DNA from: a virus | Taxonomy: Duplodnaviria; Caudoviricetes | Direction: 5' to 3' (one strand) | DNA: 64,000 bases | IMG/VR virus record: IMGVR_UViG_3300049201_000008 | Coordinates: 1-64,000 of that record | In this document: in pieces, positions 26,101 to 34,146 of the stretch | How the letters are laid out: every line of letters starts with the position of its first letter | How positions within the stretch are numbered: the stretch's first letter is position 1 | Notes under the pieces: generated by a model | Databases searched by the model: none | Told to the model about the DNA's origin: nothing | Seen by the model: only the letters and a program-made list of their open reading frames with translations | Translations under genes and position numbers: made by a program

Positions 26101-26318
26101 GTCCCGCTCCTCGAAGGTGCTGGATGAGCAGCGCGCCTCTTCCTATTCAAGGCCAGCGAGGCGCAATGCTTGATCCATGCGTATTCGTTGAGTTCCGCAA
26201 GTATTTCGGATATCGTGATCGGAACGCCGTCCTTGAGGATTGCCGCCCCATCAGCGCAGACGCCCTCTGTGTAGGTTGGTTCGACTTCAATCTTTTGAGC
26301 TTCAAGCCAATCGGACAT
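26097..26318 (-). CDS. Hypothetical protein
   Basis: YTEGVCADGAAILKDGVPITISEIL motif. Confidence 0.65.
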   Translation of the reverse strand: MSDWLEAQKIEVEPTYTEGVCADGAAILKDGVPITISEILAELNEYAWIKHCASLALNRKRRAAHPAPSRSGT

Positions 26319-26321
26319 TGC

Positions 26322-27191
26322 TCACGCCTCCCCTTTGCGGATGGCGGTGGCGATGTGGCTCGCTGTGAACGATTTGCCATACTGGATAAACGTCGCCTTC
26401 TCAGGATCCCCCCATTCCAGCGACCCAGCCGCGGCGTCCTGACTGTTCTTCATTCGCTGATCTGCCTCAGCATCGGCGATCTTGGCGCACTTCTCGCGCT
26501 CTTCCATGACGCCCTTGGCCATCATCTCAATGAGCAAAGCATCACGACGCCAGCCCACGAACGAAGCCAGTTCCAAGCAGCGTTTCCAAATTGCCACTGG
26601 GATCGTTTCAGGACGATCGTCTTCGTTGACAGGCTTGGGCGCGGAGCGGATAGCATTCTTCAGTTCGATGTCAGCAATCTCATCTCGGATGCCGTTGGCT
26701 GCTCGTTCGATCGAGTGGTTGTATTCGTGATACGCGCCGACATTGTCGGGTATCATTTTCGAATGTGGCTTCTGGCTGATCGCGGCATGGAGCGCGTGGA
26801 CATGCGCCTTGATGCCCGTGAGATCGCTCTTAGGTGGCGTGTTGACGAACTCCCGATCGCCGACAACCCGCATCACTGCATCCACCTGCCATTCGGTGAG
26901 CGTGCGTTCGCCCTTGTAGCCTTCTCCAGCGTTGCCGGGATCGGATATGGCGAAGGAGATTTGCTTGCGGAGATCAGTCACGGCGCAAAATCCTCCCTGC
27001 GCTTCATCTGGGGAATGCGATTGAGCGCCCATTGCCTTCTCGTAGGAGAGCCGCAACAGCCTCAGCGGAACGGTGACCGGGTAATCGTCGTCCATCGGCA
27101 CGTAGCCGCCGACTTTCATTGCTGTGTCGTGCTCTTCCCAATGGGCGACGTACAGGCCAGCCAATTCTGCTATGATGTCTCTGGCGTCCAT
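26322..27191 (-). CDS. Hypothetical mosaic protein
   Basis: 289 aa; GV.EEREKCAKIAD and IATAIRKG segments typical of phage early proteins. Confidence 0.7.
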   Translation of the reverse strand: MDARDIIAELAGLYVAHWEEHDTAMKVGGYVPMDDDYPVTVPLRLLRLSYEKAMGAQSHSPDEAQGGFCAVTDLRKQISFAISDPGNAGEGYKGERTLTEWQVDAVMRVVGDREFVNTPPKSDLTGIKAHVHALHAAISQKPHSKMIPDNVGAYHEYNHSIERAANGIRDEIADIELKNAIRSAPKPVNEDDRPETIPVAIWKRCLELASFVGWRRDALLIEMMAKGVMEEREKCAKIADAEADQRMKNSQDAAAGSLEWGDPEKATFIQYGKSFTASHIATAIRKGEA

Positions 27192-27626
27192 CTACGCGGC
27201 CCTCGCCTTGAGCGTAGCCATGATTGCCCGAGCGTCTTCGAGCGCGTTATGCGGCACTGCGGACGGCAGGAATTCCATGTCTGGCAACAGCACTGCGGTG
27301 CACGGGATATGGAAGCTTTCCGTATGATCCCTGCCGGCGAAAACCTGGAAGAAGTGGACGAGATCGGTGTACCAATCGGCGACGATGGTGATGTCCTCAC
27401 CCTCTTCAAGGAACTGCCGGAGGTAGAGATTGAACAGGTGCCGGAAGACTTCCTTGCTCACGTCGCCCTGCCCGAGAACTGGGCAGACGTGCTCGTTCAC
27501 CCACGGATCGATAATGTCGGGCCGTGGCAGGACGAGGTAAAATTCCCGCCCGTCCTCAGCGACGAGCGCCATGGAGATAAGCTCTCCACCAAAGCCGTTG
27601 AATTCGCAGTCGAGAGCGATGCGCAT
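27192..27626 (-). CDS. DEDD-family 3'-5' exoribonuclease-like protein
   Basis: IALDCEFNG..GELISMALV, ADW..D, PHNALEDARA. Confidence 0.85.
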   Translation of the reverse strand: MRIALDCEFNGFGGELISMALVAEDGREFYLVLPRPDIIDPWVNEHVCPVLGQGDVSKEVFRHLFNLYLRQFLEEGEDITIVADWYTDLVHFFQVFAGRDHTESFHIPCTAVLLPDMEFLPSAVPHNALEDARAIMATLKARAA

Positions 27627-28139
27627 TCAGGCCTCCTCGCCATTGTAGGTCGGGAAGTCCGACTTGTTGTATTTCGGATGGGCCACGCTCCGGCGGATGG
27701 ACTTGGCGGCATAGCGCTCGCCAGCGACGAAGCCCTTTGCGTGCTCATTTTCCGGAGATGGATTTTCGCGATCCTCAAGGCTCTCGCATTGGACGACGAA
27801 CTGGCTCCACACCTTGTCGACTTCGGAGCGAAGGGCGGCTTCCGTGGCATTCGAGATGCGGCCGAAAATTCGGCGATGGTGCTGGATAAGTTCCAACTCG
27901 TCGTCGCTCAGAATGGGCTGCGAAATGTCCTGGCCGAGCAAAGTGTTGATGCTGGTATTAAGTGCCGACGCGACAGAAAGCAGCATGGTTATCGTCGGGT
28001 TGACGGAATTGCCCTTTTCCAAATCCCAGATGTGGGACTTGCTCGTGCCAGCGCGGCGGGCAACCTCCTCAAGGCTGATATCCAGTTCCTTGCGGCGCTT
28101 GGCTATGGCGGGGCCTATCTTGCGGACGATGTCACTCAT
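27627..28139 (-). CDS. XRE-family HTH protein with C-terminal extension
   Basis: ISLEEVARRAGTSKSHIWDLEKG...PT. Confidence 0.85.
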   Translation of the reverse strand: MSDIVRKIGPAIAKRRKELDISLEEVARRAGTSKSHIWDLEKGNSVNPTITMLLSVASALNTSINTLLGQDISQPILSDDELELIQHHRRIFGRISNATEAALRSEVDKVWSQFVVQCESLEDRENPSPENEHAKGFVAGERYAAKSIRRSVAHPKYNKSDFPTYNGEEA

Positions 28140-29119
28140 GTGCCGCCTGCCTTGCTCTGGAAACCAGCAGCATTGCGATGCCCGCCGCCGCCAAATTTTG
28201 AGGCGATTTCAGAAACATCAACTCGGCTATCTTCTGAGCGGAGCGACCATTGAATAAAGCCATCGGCTCGACGGAACCAACATGCAGCGAATGGCGCGTC
28301 TGGATATGTGTTCAGGAGTTCGTGCGCGGTATCGCTGGCATAGTGGTATGGCGCGTTGACAACGGGAACAGAGTAGCCGCCGACGTCTTCGAAATACGTC
28401 TCCGCCATCAGTTTCTTGATGTTCGAGCGATGGGCGCGGAGGATAACCTCGCCTTCACCAATCAGTCGGTGCGGGTTCCTGGCTATGTCCGTCCAGACGT
28501 CGAAGTCCATCGGATAAGTGCGAAGCGATGCCGAGAACTGCCTTGTCCTGTCCTCATAGGCAAACCGCCACAAGTCGCGATCCTCGATAAGCTGAAGCAT
28601 CGTAGGCGGATCTTCGTTGTGCGGGATGCCGTGGGCAAATTCCCATGCCAGCACCGCGCCGGAACGGCTCTGATCGAAGAAGGCGATGATAGGCGGCCGT
28701 TCCAGTTCGTAGAGCTTGCCGAGCATGCCGCCGATCTTTTCGGGCATGTCGTTCAAATCGCAAACGCCATCGGCCCGAACGAAAATGAACGGAGCGAGAT
28801 CGGCTTCCGCCGTCTTGTGGTGATCGATGATGACGATGGACTTGGCGAATTGTGCCATGGCGTCGATGCCGGCGCGCTTGGCAGAAAAGTCCACGAACAG
28901 GACATTCTCGCCCGCAACGTCAGGCAAATCCTTACCGTAGAAGCCAGCTACGAATTCACAGTCTGGCCAGCGCTTCCATACCGCCCAAGCGGCTCCGAAG
29001 CCGTCGTCGCAGTTCCCATGATAAATGCAGATATCTGGTTTCCAGTTGCTCACTGCATTCTCCCTGTCGGCATGGGGTGGCTTGGTGCATTGGGGATAGG
29101 AGGAGAGGTTGAGCGTCAT
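28136..29119 (-). CDS. DHH/DHHA1 phosphoesterase
   Basis: YHGNCDDG, FVDFS, IIDHH, IEDRDLW, GGGGHRNAAGF. Confidence 0.92.
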   Translation of the reverse strand: MTLNLSSYPQCTKPPHADRENAVSNWKPDICIYHGNCDDGFGAAWAVWKRWPDCEFVAGFYGKDLPDVAGENVLFVDFSAKRAGIDAMAQFAKSIVIIDHHKTAEADLAPFIFVRADGVCDLNDMPEKIGGMLGKLYELERPPIIAFFDQSRSGAVLAWEFAHGIPHNEDPPTMLQLIEDRDLWRFAYEDRTRQFSASLRTYPMDFDVWTDIARNPHRLIGEGEVILRAHRSNIKKLMAETYFEDVGGYSVPVVNAPYHYASDTAHELLNTYPDAPFAACWFRRADGFIQWSLRSEDSRVDVSEIASKFGGGGHRNAAGFQSKAGGT

Positions 29120-29721
29120 GCTGGTTCACCCCTCTTGACGTTGGGGCGTTCATGACGCGTCTCGCCTTCGACGGAAGCCATTATAAAGGCGTCGATCTCG
29201 TCAATCGGTGCCACGAGTTTCAGCGTCTCGTATGCCCAGTAAACCATGCCGTGCCGGCCCCAATTGTCGTGCCGATGGTTTTCGTGCTGCTCAAGGAAGG
29301 CAAGCGATCCGCCGAAAAGCCCAACTGGGCAGCGCTTCGGGCAACCTGCATCCAAATCTCGCTGATCTGGCATATTGCTGCGATGCAGGAAGAGCAGCCA
29401 GACAGGCCGCGACGACGTTTCCTGAACCTGCTTGTAATCTTCGTAGTGATTGAGATCGATGCCGGTGCACCAGCAAGCCGTCTTGCGATGCCACGAGAAC
29501 ACCGTCTTGTGTTTTGCCTCGATCCAATTCATCGCCGGCATGACGAACATATCTGGCGCTGCGAAACGGCCACGCGGCGTGAAAAACCGTGGGCCTTTGC
29601 CGGTATCAATTTCCTTCTCATAAACCGGCAAGACGCTATTGCCGCGAGACATGCACCATTTCGCAATGATGCTCTCGCCAAGTTGGCCGTGTGCAAGCTG
29701 CTGATCGAAGGAGGACATCAA
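29116..29721 (-). CDS. Putative PD-(D/E)XK nuclease
   Basis: GQLGE...APDMFV...WIEAKHK arrangement. Confidence 0.5.
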   Translation of the reverse strand: MMSSFDQQLAHGQLGESIIAKWCMSRGNSVLPVYEKEIDTGKGPRFFTPRGRFAAPDMFVMPAMNWIEAKHKTVFSWHRKTACWCTGIDLNHYEDYKQVQETSSRPVWLLFLHRSNMPDQRDLDAGCPKRCPVGLFGGSLAFLEQHENHRHDNWGRHGMVYWAYETLKLVAPIDEIDAFIMASVEGETRHERPNVKRGEPA

Positions 29722-30732
29722 TCAAGCCTCCAATCCATGACGGACGACGACGAAACCAACTTCACCGAACACATCCGCGAAGATATCGACTTCGGTGCCG
29801 AAGTAGAAAAACGCCTGCCCCTGGGTCGGAGCGGCAACCTCGCCAGATGGCGACACAAACTTGACGCGGCCTCGCGTGAAGCAAATTGCAGCGGCGGAAC
29901 GCGCAAGCTTCTGAAACCACGCCGTATCGGTGTAGTTGTGCGTCAGCGCGATAGCCGCTGTCAGCCGCTCGCTTTCCCATTCGGCTACGAGTTTGTCGGC
30001 GAAGTAGGAGATTTCCGGCTGCGCATACGGAGGATTCAGCCAGACATTGCCCGCCCATTCCTGTTCAAGACCATTGGTTTCGGCGCTGAAAAAGCGCTCT
30101 GCTTTCACTGCCCGATTGGCGACGTGGCTGGAGGCAGGATCAAGGTCGATGCTGCCGAGAGCCTTGCGCGCCAACTCAATATGTTCGTCTGGGGTATACC
30201 ACTCGTTTTCGCCGGTTCCAGTAGTGCCGCGAACTCCAGCCTCTATGAGGTTGACAGTGACGCGCTTATTCTCGGTCTCAATACGATCTCGCCGGTCAGC
30301 GAGGATGGCCTCGAATTCCTTCTCGGGAACAGCGGCATACTTTCGAGCTCGGTCGGCAAGGTGCTTATCGATGCCATTTTCAGCCAATGTCGGCAGTCTT
30401 TCGGCAGCAATCACCGGGTCCGATTTGGACCCGGTGGTTTTGTATTGTTCGCCGCCTTTTGCGAGTCCAACGCTTCCAGACTGCATCGCCATCAATTCGC
30501 CAAGCCTGCGTTCCGCACGGAAGCGGATTTCAGAGGCGTCAATTTCAAGCTGCTTGTTCTTTGCCTGCTTGGCGTAGGCGCGGACGGCCTCTGCCTGATC
30601 GCGGAAGTCCTTCACTTCGTCAATCGAATTGGCTTCGGCGACAGCTTTGCAAGCTGCATCATAGCGGAGAAGCCCACCTGTGGGTGCCGGAGCAATAGTC
30701 GCGACAGCAGTGTTTTGGCCGAACTGAATCAT
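29722..30732 (-). CDS. DNA N6-adenine methyltransferase (phage Dam-like) with N-terminal helical domain
   Basis: EWYTP, IDLDPAS, VWLNPPY, RGRVKF; start MIQFGQN. Confidence 0.9.
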   Translation of the reverse strand: MIQFGQNTAVATIAPAPTGGLLRYDAACKAVAEANSIDEVKDFRDQAEAVRAYAKQAKNKQLEIDASEIRFRAERRLGELMAMQSGSVGLAKGGEQYKTTGSKSDPVIAAERLPTLAENGIDKHLADRARKYAAVPEKEFEAILADRRDRIETENKRVTVNLIEAGVRGTTGTGENEWYTPDEHIELARKALGSIDLDPASSHVANRAVKAERFFSAETNGLEQEWAGNVWLNPPYAQPEISYFADKLVAEWESERLTAAIALTHNYTDTAWFQKLARSAAAICFTRGRVKFVSPSGEVAAPTQGQAFFYFGTEVDIFADVFGEVGFVVVRHGLEA

Positions 30733-30734
30733 GC

Positions 30735-30956
30735 TCACTCTGCGGCCTCCGGCGTTGCCGGGGCGTCCGCCACTTCGAAGATGTCTGGCCGCAAAACTTC
30801 CATGGGAATGCCAGTCGCAATGCTGACGTCCTTCATGCGTTCGGCTGGGACCTTGTCCCATTGTGCGATTGCCCCCCGAGTGACGCCGATCCGGCGGGCC
30901 AGCCAAGACAGCGGCATCCTTTCTCGAACAGCGTCCATTCCAGTCAGCTTCTGCAC
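30735..30956 (-). CDS. cro: Cro-like repressor (YdaS/Cro)
   Basis: LARRIGVTRGAIAQWDKVPAER...TGIPMEVLRPDIF; divergent from cI. Confidence 0.9.
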   Translation of the reverse strand: MQKLTGMDAVRERMPLSWLARRIGVTRGAIAQWDKVPAERMKDVSIATGIPMEVLRPDIFEVADAPATPEAAE

Positions 30957-30988
30957 TTTTCAAACTCCGTTTTAAGGGTAGTTCGATC

Positions 30989-31017
30989 TATGTACAGTTT
31001 AACTAACTCGCCGTCAA
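30989..31017 (-). promoter_or_regulatory. pR-like promoter/operator
   Basis: TTGACG-17-TACATA containing GTTAG-N5-CTGTA. Confidence 0.7.
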
Positions 31018-31064
31018 GGGAGTCTATCGAAGATTATGACGCGAATGTCGATTATCAAGGGCGC

Positions 31065-31703
31065 ATGGAATTAAACGCCCGAATCCATAAAGCTAGGATC
31101 GACGCCCGGATGACGCAGGATCAACTTGCGGACGCCGTGGGCAAGACGCGCGGCGCTGTATCACAATGGGAAAGTGGAGAAGTAAGGCCGCGACACTCCA
31201 CCCTAAAAGCGATTGCTAATGCAACTGGAAAGCCTTTAACATGGCTGGAGAGCGGCATCGGTAAGGATGCCACAGGACTCATGGTCGTCGGCGAAGTCGC
31301 TGGCGGAGTCTGGTTGGAGGGTAGCGTGGAGTACATTCCCCGTGGAGTGCCGGTAGCGCCCCACCCAGACTACGCCCCGGAAGCACAAAGACTATATCAA
31401 GTCCGCGGTACGTCGATAAACAAGCGTATTGCCGATGGCGAGTATGCCCATTGTGTCAACCTGAAGAGCGGAGCGATTACACTTCTCAATGGTGATCTGG
31501 TTATTGTTTGCCGGTCTAACCATGGCCTGGTTGAGTACACGGCAAAGCGGTACGTGGTTGAGGACGGAAAGAAAATCTTGCGGCCTGAAAGTGATGACCC
31601 GGCATGGCAAGAGGACATTGTGATTGCCGGTGATGGTGGAATCCAGATCGAGATTATCGATGTCGTGATCGCAAAGTGGTCGCCGCTCAGGCGTGGATTC
31701 TAA
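31065..31703 (+). CDS. cI: CI-like repressor (XRE HTH + S24 peptidase domain)
   Basis: MTQDQLADAVGKTRGAVSQWESG; VRGTSIN (Ser) and YTAKRY (Lys). Confidence 0.92.
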   Translation: MELNARIHKARIDARMTQDQLADAVGKTRGAVSQWESGEVRPRHSTLKAIANATGKPLTWLESGIGKDATGLMVVGEVAGGVWLEGSVEYIPRGVPVAPHPDYAPEAQRLYQVRGTSINKRIADGEYAHCVNLKSGAITLLNGDLVIVCRSNHGLVEYTAKRYVVEDGKKILRPESDDPAWQEDIVIAGDGGIQIEIIDVVIAKWSPLRRGF

Positions 31704-31811
31704 AAAACGTTCCCGGTAAAATAATATTTCTCTTCCCTTATTGTTAATGAACCTTACTAAACCCTCTATTCTCTAGGTCCTGAACCAGAGAGAGGGAGGG
31801 AGAGAGGCAAA

Positions 31812-32009
31812 GCTCCCCCTACCCCTCAAGGTAAGTCCTTGAAAGGCAGAGGGAAGCTGTCTGAACCGTCGATTGATCGGTCGGTCAGCAGAGGGGCCAT
31901 TCGCTCGCCCTCGTCCTGATTTTCTGGCAGCGCACTTAAGGACTTTCGCTCCCCGCGCCACGGGCTTACCCAGCTAGGGAATTGCACCCCGTTACCCGTA
32001 CCTGACGCC
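31812..32009 (-). ncRNA. Candidate structured RNA between pL and the cI 3' end
   Basis: Several hairpins; terminal ~19-bp helix 31812-31857 pairs only on the minus strand (G-U pairs); promoter-like TTGACG-17-TAGTTT at 32038-32010. Confidence 0.45.
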
Positions 32010-32046
32010 GAAACTATCCGCGCCGTCATAATCCGTCAACATCTCC

Positions 32047-32061
32047 GTTAGTTATTCTAAC
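32047..32061. promoter_or_regulatory. Putative repressor operator, perfect GTTAG-N5-CTAAC
   Basis: GTTAGTTATTCTAAC; half-site shared with pL and pR. Confidence 0.6.
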
Positions 32062-32079
32062 TTTTTTTCGTCACCCCTA

Positions 32080-32108
32080 TTGCGGGGGCGTTAGTTCTAC
32101 TGTACATA
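32080..32108 (+). promoter_or_regulatory. pL-like promoter/operator
   Basis: TTGCGG-17-TACATA; 18/20 identity with the pR segment GTTAGTTNNACTGTACATAG. Confidence 0.7.
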
Positions 32109-32157
32109 GTTAGTCATCAGCCGCCGAACAGCAATGCGAAGCGGCAGCCACCCCACC

Positions 32158-32175
32158 AAGGAGGCAGCCATGTAA
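32158..32175 (+). other. Start-stop minigene (AAGGAGG-N5-ATG TAA)
   Basis: Consensus SD followed directly by ATG TAA, ~60 nt after the pL -10. Confidence 0.55.
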
Positions 32176-32469
32176 ACCGCACGCGGGGCGCAGAGCTAAG
32201 GACGGAAACAAGAGATTTCGAAACTTCTTTGATCACCGATCACTCGAACCCAGGAGATGGAAATGCGGCGAAGTCCGAATTTCATCATGAGCTTTATCAA
32301 TCTGATCTGATCGACGGCCGGCGCCAGGTGCGCAGGAAACTCTAACCACAACCGGGACAACCCCACCAATCTCAGGCGATGCCGAGATGCAGTTACGAGC
32401 CTCTGTTCGGCAAAAAGGCTCAACAATCGCACACCCTACCAAGCGGGAGGGGTGAACTGGGGAACGAAG

Positions 32470-32793
32470 ATGACAAAACACTACACACGAAAGATCGAAG
32501 TTCCTGCAAACAAGCGCGATGGCTTGGCGAACTTCGTCCAGATCATCATCAACCAAATTGAAGCGGGCGACATCGAAAACGCTTTGCTCTCGGCCGTAGA
32601 TCTCCACGAAGACATCGTTTGCGGCATCTACGACGACGCGATGCAGGACGCCAAGGGTAGCCTCGCAATCATCCGAGAAATGGAAGCCAAGCACACAGCG
32701 GACATTATCGCCGCCGCAGAGCGCGGCCGTGAGGACGGCATTCGTGACGAGAAGGCGCGCATGGCTGCTGCTCTCGGACTCATCGCAGCCTGA
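32470..32793 (+). CDS. Hypothetical early protein
   Basis: MTKHYTRK, 107 aa. Confidence 0.7.
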   Translation: MTKHYTRKIEVPANKRDGLANFVQIIINQIEAGDIENALLSAVDLHEDIVCGIYDDAMQDAKGSLAIIREMEAKHTADIIAAAERGREDGIRDEKARMAAALGLIAA

Positions 32794-32851
32794 CGTTTTT
32801 GGCATCCGGCCATCCGTGCCGGATTTCAAATCTGTCGATTGGAACACCACG

Positions 32852-33211
32852 ATGCTCAAGCAAATCATGAAAACCGCCTGGAACATCTTCCGCGCCAACC
32901 GTGATCACCTGACGTTTGCCGAAGCCCTCAAGATGGCATGGCTCACCGTCCAGAAGGATGCGGAATACATCGTGACGGTTTCGACTGATGGCGGACACAA
33001 GATGTACGCCTGCATGTCGAGCGAGGGCGCGCACCGGGTTCGCAAGGAGATAACGCTGTTCTGGAAAGAACGCGGCCTCCGAGTTTTCGGCGCGGATATC
33101 ACCCGTGTCGCCCACCATCTCGCAGCCGTCGAAGTCAGCACCGCAGCCGAAACGAAGCGTGTTCCGGCTCGTGCGGTTCGCGATGTCCAGCCGCATGGAC
33201 TGACGGCTTAA
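32852..33211 (+). CDS. Hypothetical early protein
   Basis: IMKTAW......FAEALKMAW motif common in phages. Confidence 0.7.
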   Translation: MLKQIMKTAWNIFRANRDHLTFAEALKMAWLTVQKDAEYIVTVSTDGGHKMYACMSSEGAHRVRKEITLFWKERGLRVFGADITRVAHHLAAVEVSTAAETKRVPARAVRDVQPHGLTA

Positions 33212-33224
33212 TCCAGACAGGGGA

Positions 33225-33503
33225 ATGACGGAAATGGCAATCGAACTCACCAAGGACGAACTGATTTTCGCTCAAAGGATGTTGCCACATTTCATGGCTG
33301 GCAAGTCGGCTTTGGAAGCCGCGCAAGCGGTCATGGATGATGACGCAAGGCTGTTCACTGCTTTCTGCGACCGCGCTCACGATTTCATCGTTGGAAGCTA
33401 CAGCGACCACACGGGACGGTCACAGCGCACCCGCGATGGTAAGGGCGATCTGATCGCGTCTGAAATTTCCCGCACCGTTTACGAACGGCTTCGCGCCGCC
33501 TGA
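33225..33503 (+). CDS. Hypothetical protein
   Basis: 92 aa. Confidence 0.65.
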   Translation: MTEMAIELTKDELIFAQRMLPHFMAGKSALEAAQAVMDDDARLFTAFCDRAHDFIVGSYSDHTGRSQRTRDGKGDLIASEISRTVYERLRAA

Positions 33504-33553
33504 CATCCCCCGCATTGGCCTTCGGGCCAGCCCAAACTTAAGGACGGAGTGAG

Positions 33554-33790
33554 ATGCACAGGACATATTCAAGCAAGTCAGCAGCCAAAGCCGCCATCAA
33601 GAAACAAGGGCTTCAACTCATGCCGCATACCATCGAAGCGATCGGCTTCGACAGATGGAAGCCCATCTTCACGCCTGAAATCATGGAAGACGTCGAGGAA
33701 ATCGAGCGCCGCGGTTTCCGTGCGAAGCTTTCCCCGCCTCCGCCCGCAAGTGCTTCGACTGCGACGACGGCTCTCAGTCCCGCCACATGA
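33554..33790 (+). CDS. Hypothetical protein
   Basis: 78 aa; GGAG RBS. Confidence 0.6.
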   Translation: MHRTYSSKSAAKAAIKKQGLQLMPHTIEAIGFDRWKPIFTPEIMEDVEEIERRGFRAKLSPPPPASASTATTALSPAT

Positions 33791-33831
33791 ACTGCGGGCC
33801 AACCGCATAACCAATCCACAGGAACACGACA

Positions 33832-34113
33832 ATGCACAGCGCATCAGACTTTGGATATCAGCCCGGAACCCCAGCCTGCATCGCCTGCGGCAAGACGGAA
33901 CTATTTTGCTGCGATGGCGCCGGTACGCCGCTCCCAGAAGCCGTAAAGCTTTTGATGCAGGTGAAAAGCACCCTTGAGCATCATCGCCGCTTCGGCGTCG
34001 ACAGCCTCAACGAGCACAGGCGGAAACTCTCCGCAGTCGAAGGCGACATCGAAGAGTGGCTTATCGCCGCCGGTTTTCAGAAAAGCGAATTTCAAGACGA
34101 GCCAGCCGCATAG
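33832..34113 (+). CDS. Cys-containing hypothetical protein
   Basis: CIACGKTELFCC; CAGGA RBS. Confidence 0.6.
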   Translation: MHSASDFGYQPGTPACIACGKTELFCCDGAGTPLPEAVKLLMQVKSTLEHHRRFGVDSLNEHRRKLSAVEGDIEEWLIAAGFQKSEFQDEPAA

Positions 34114-34146
34114 CCACCCACCCAACTCCCTTGGAGGAAGACGGAA

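Noticed and set aside
26124-28253. 709-aa plus-strand ORF
   Set aside because: Antisense shadow of five coupled minus-strand genes with recognisable motifs (DEDD, XRE, DHH); no motifs of its own.
29152-30975. 607-aa plus-strand ORF
   Set aside because: Antisense to the Dam-like MTase, nuclease-like gene and cro; typical GC-rich shadow frame.
31826-32029. 67-aa minus-strand ORF as a real protein
   Set aside because: No SD, begins within the promoter-like spacer, and the region is better explained by RNA structure; not excluded without proteomics.
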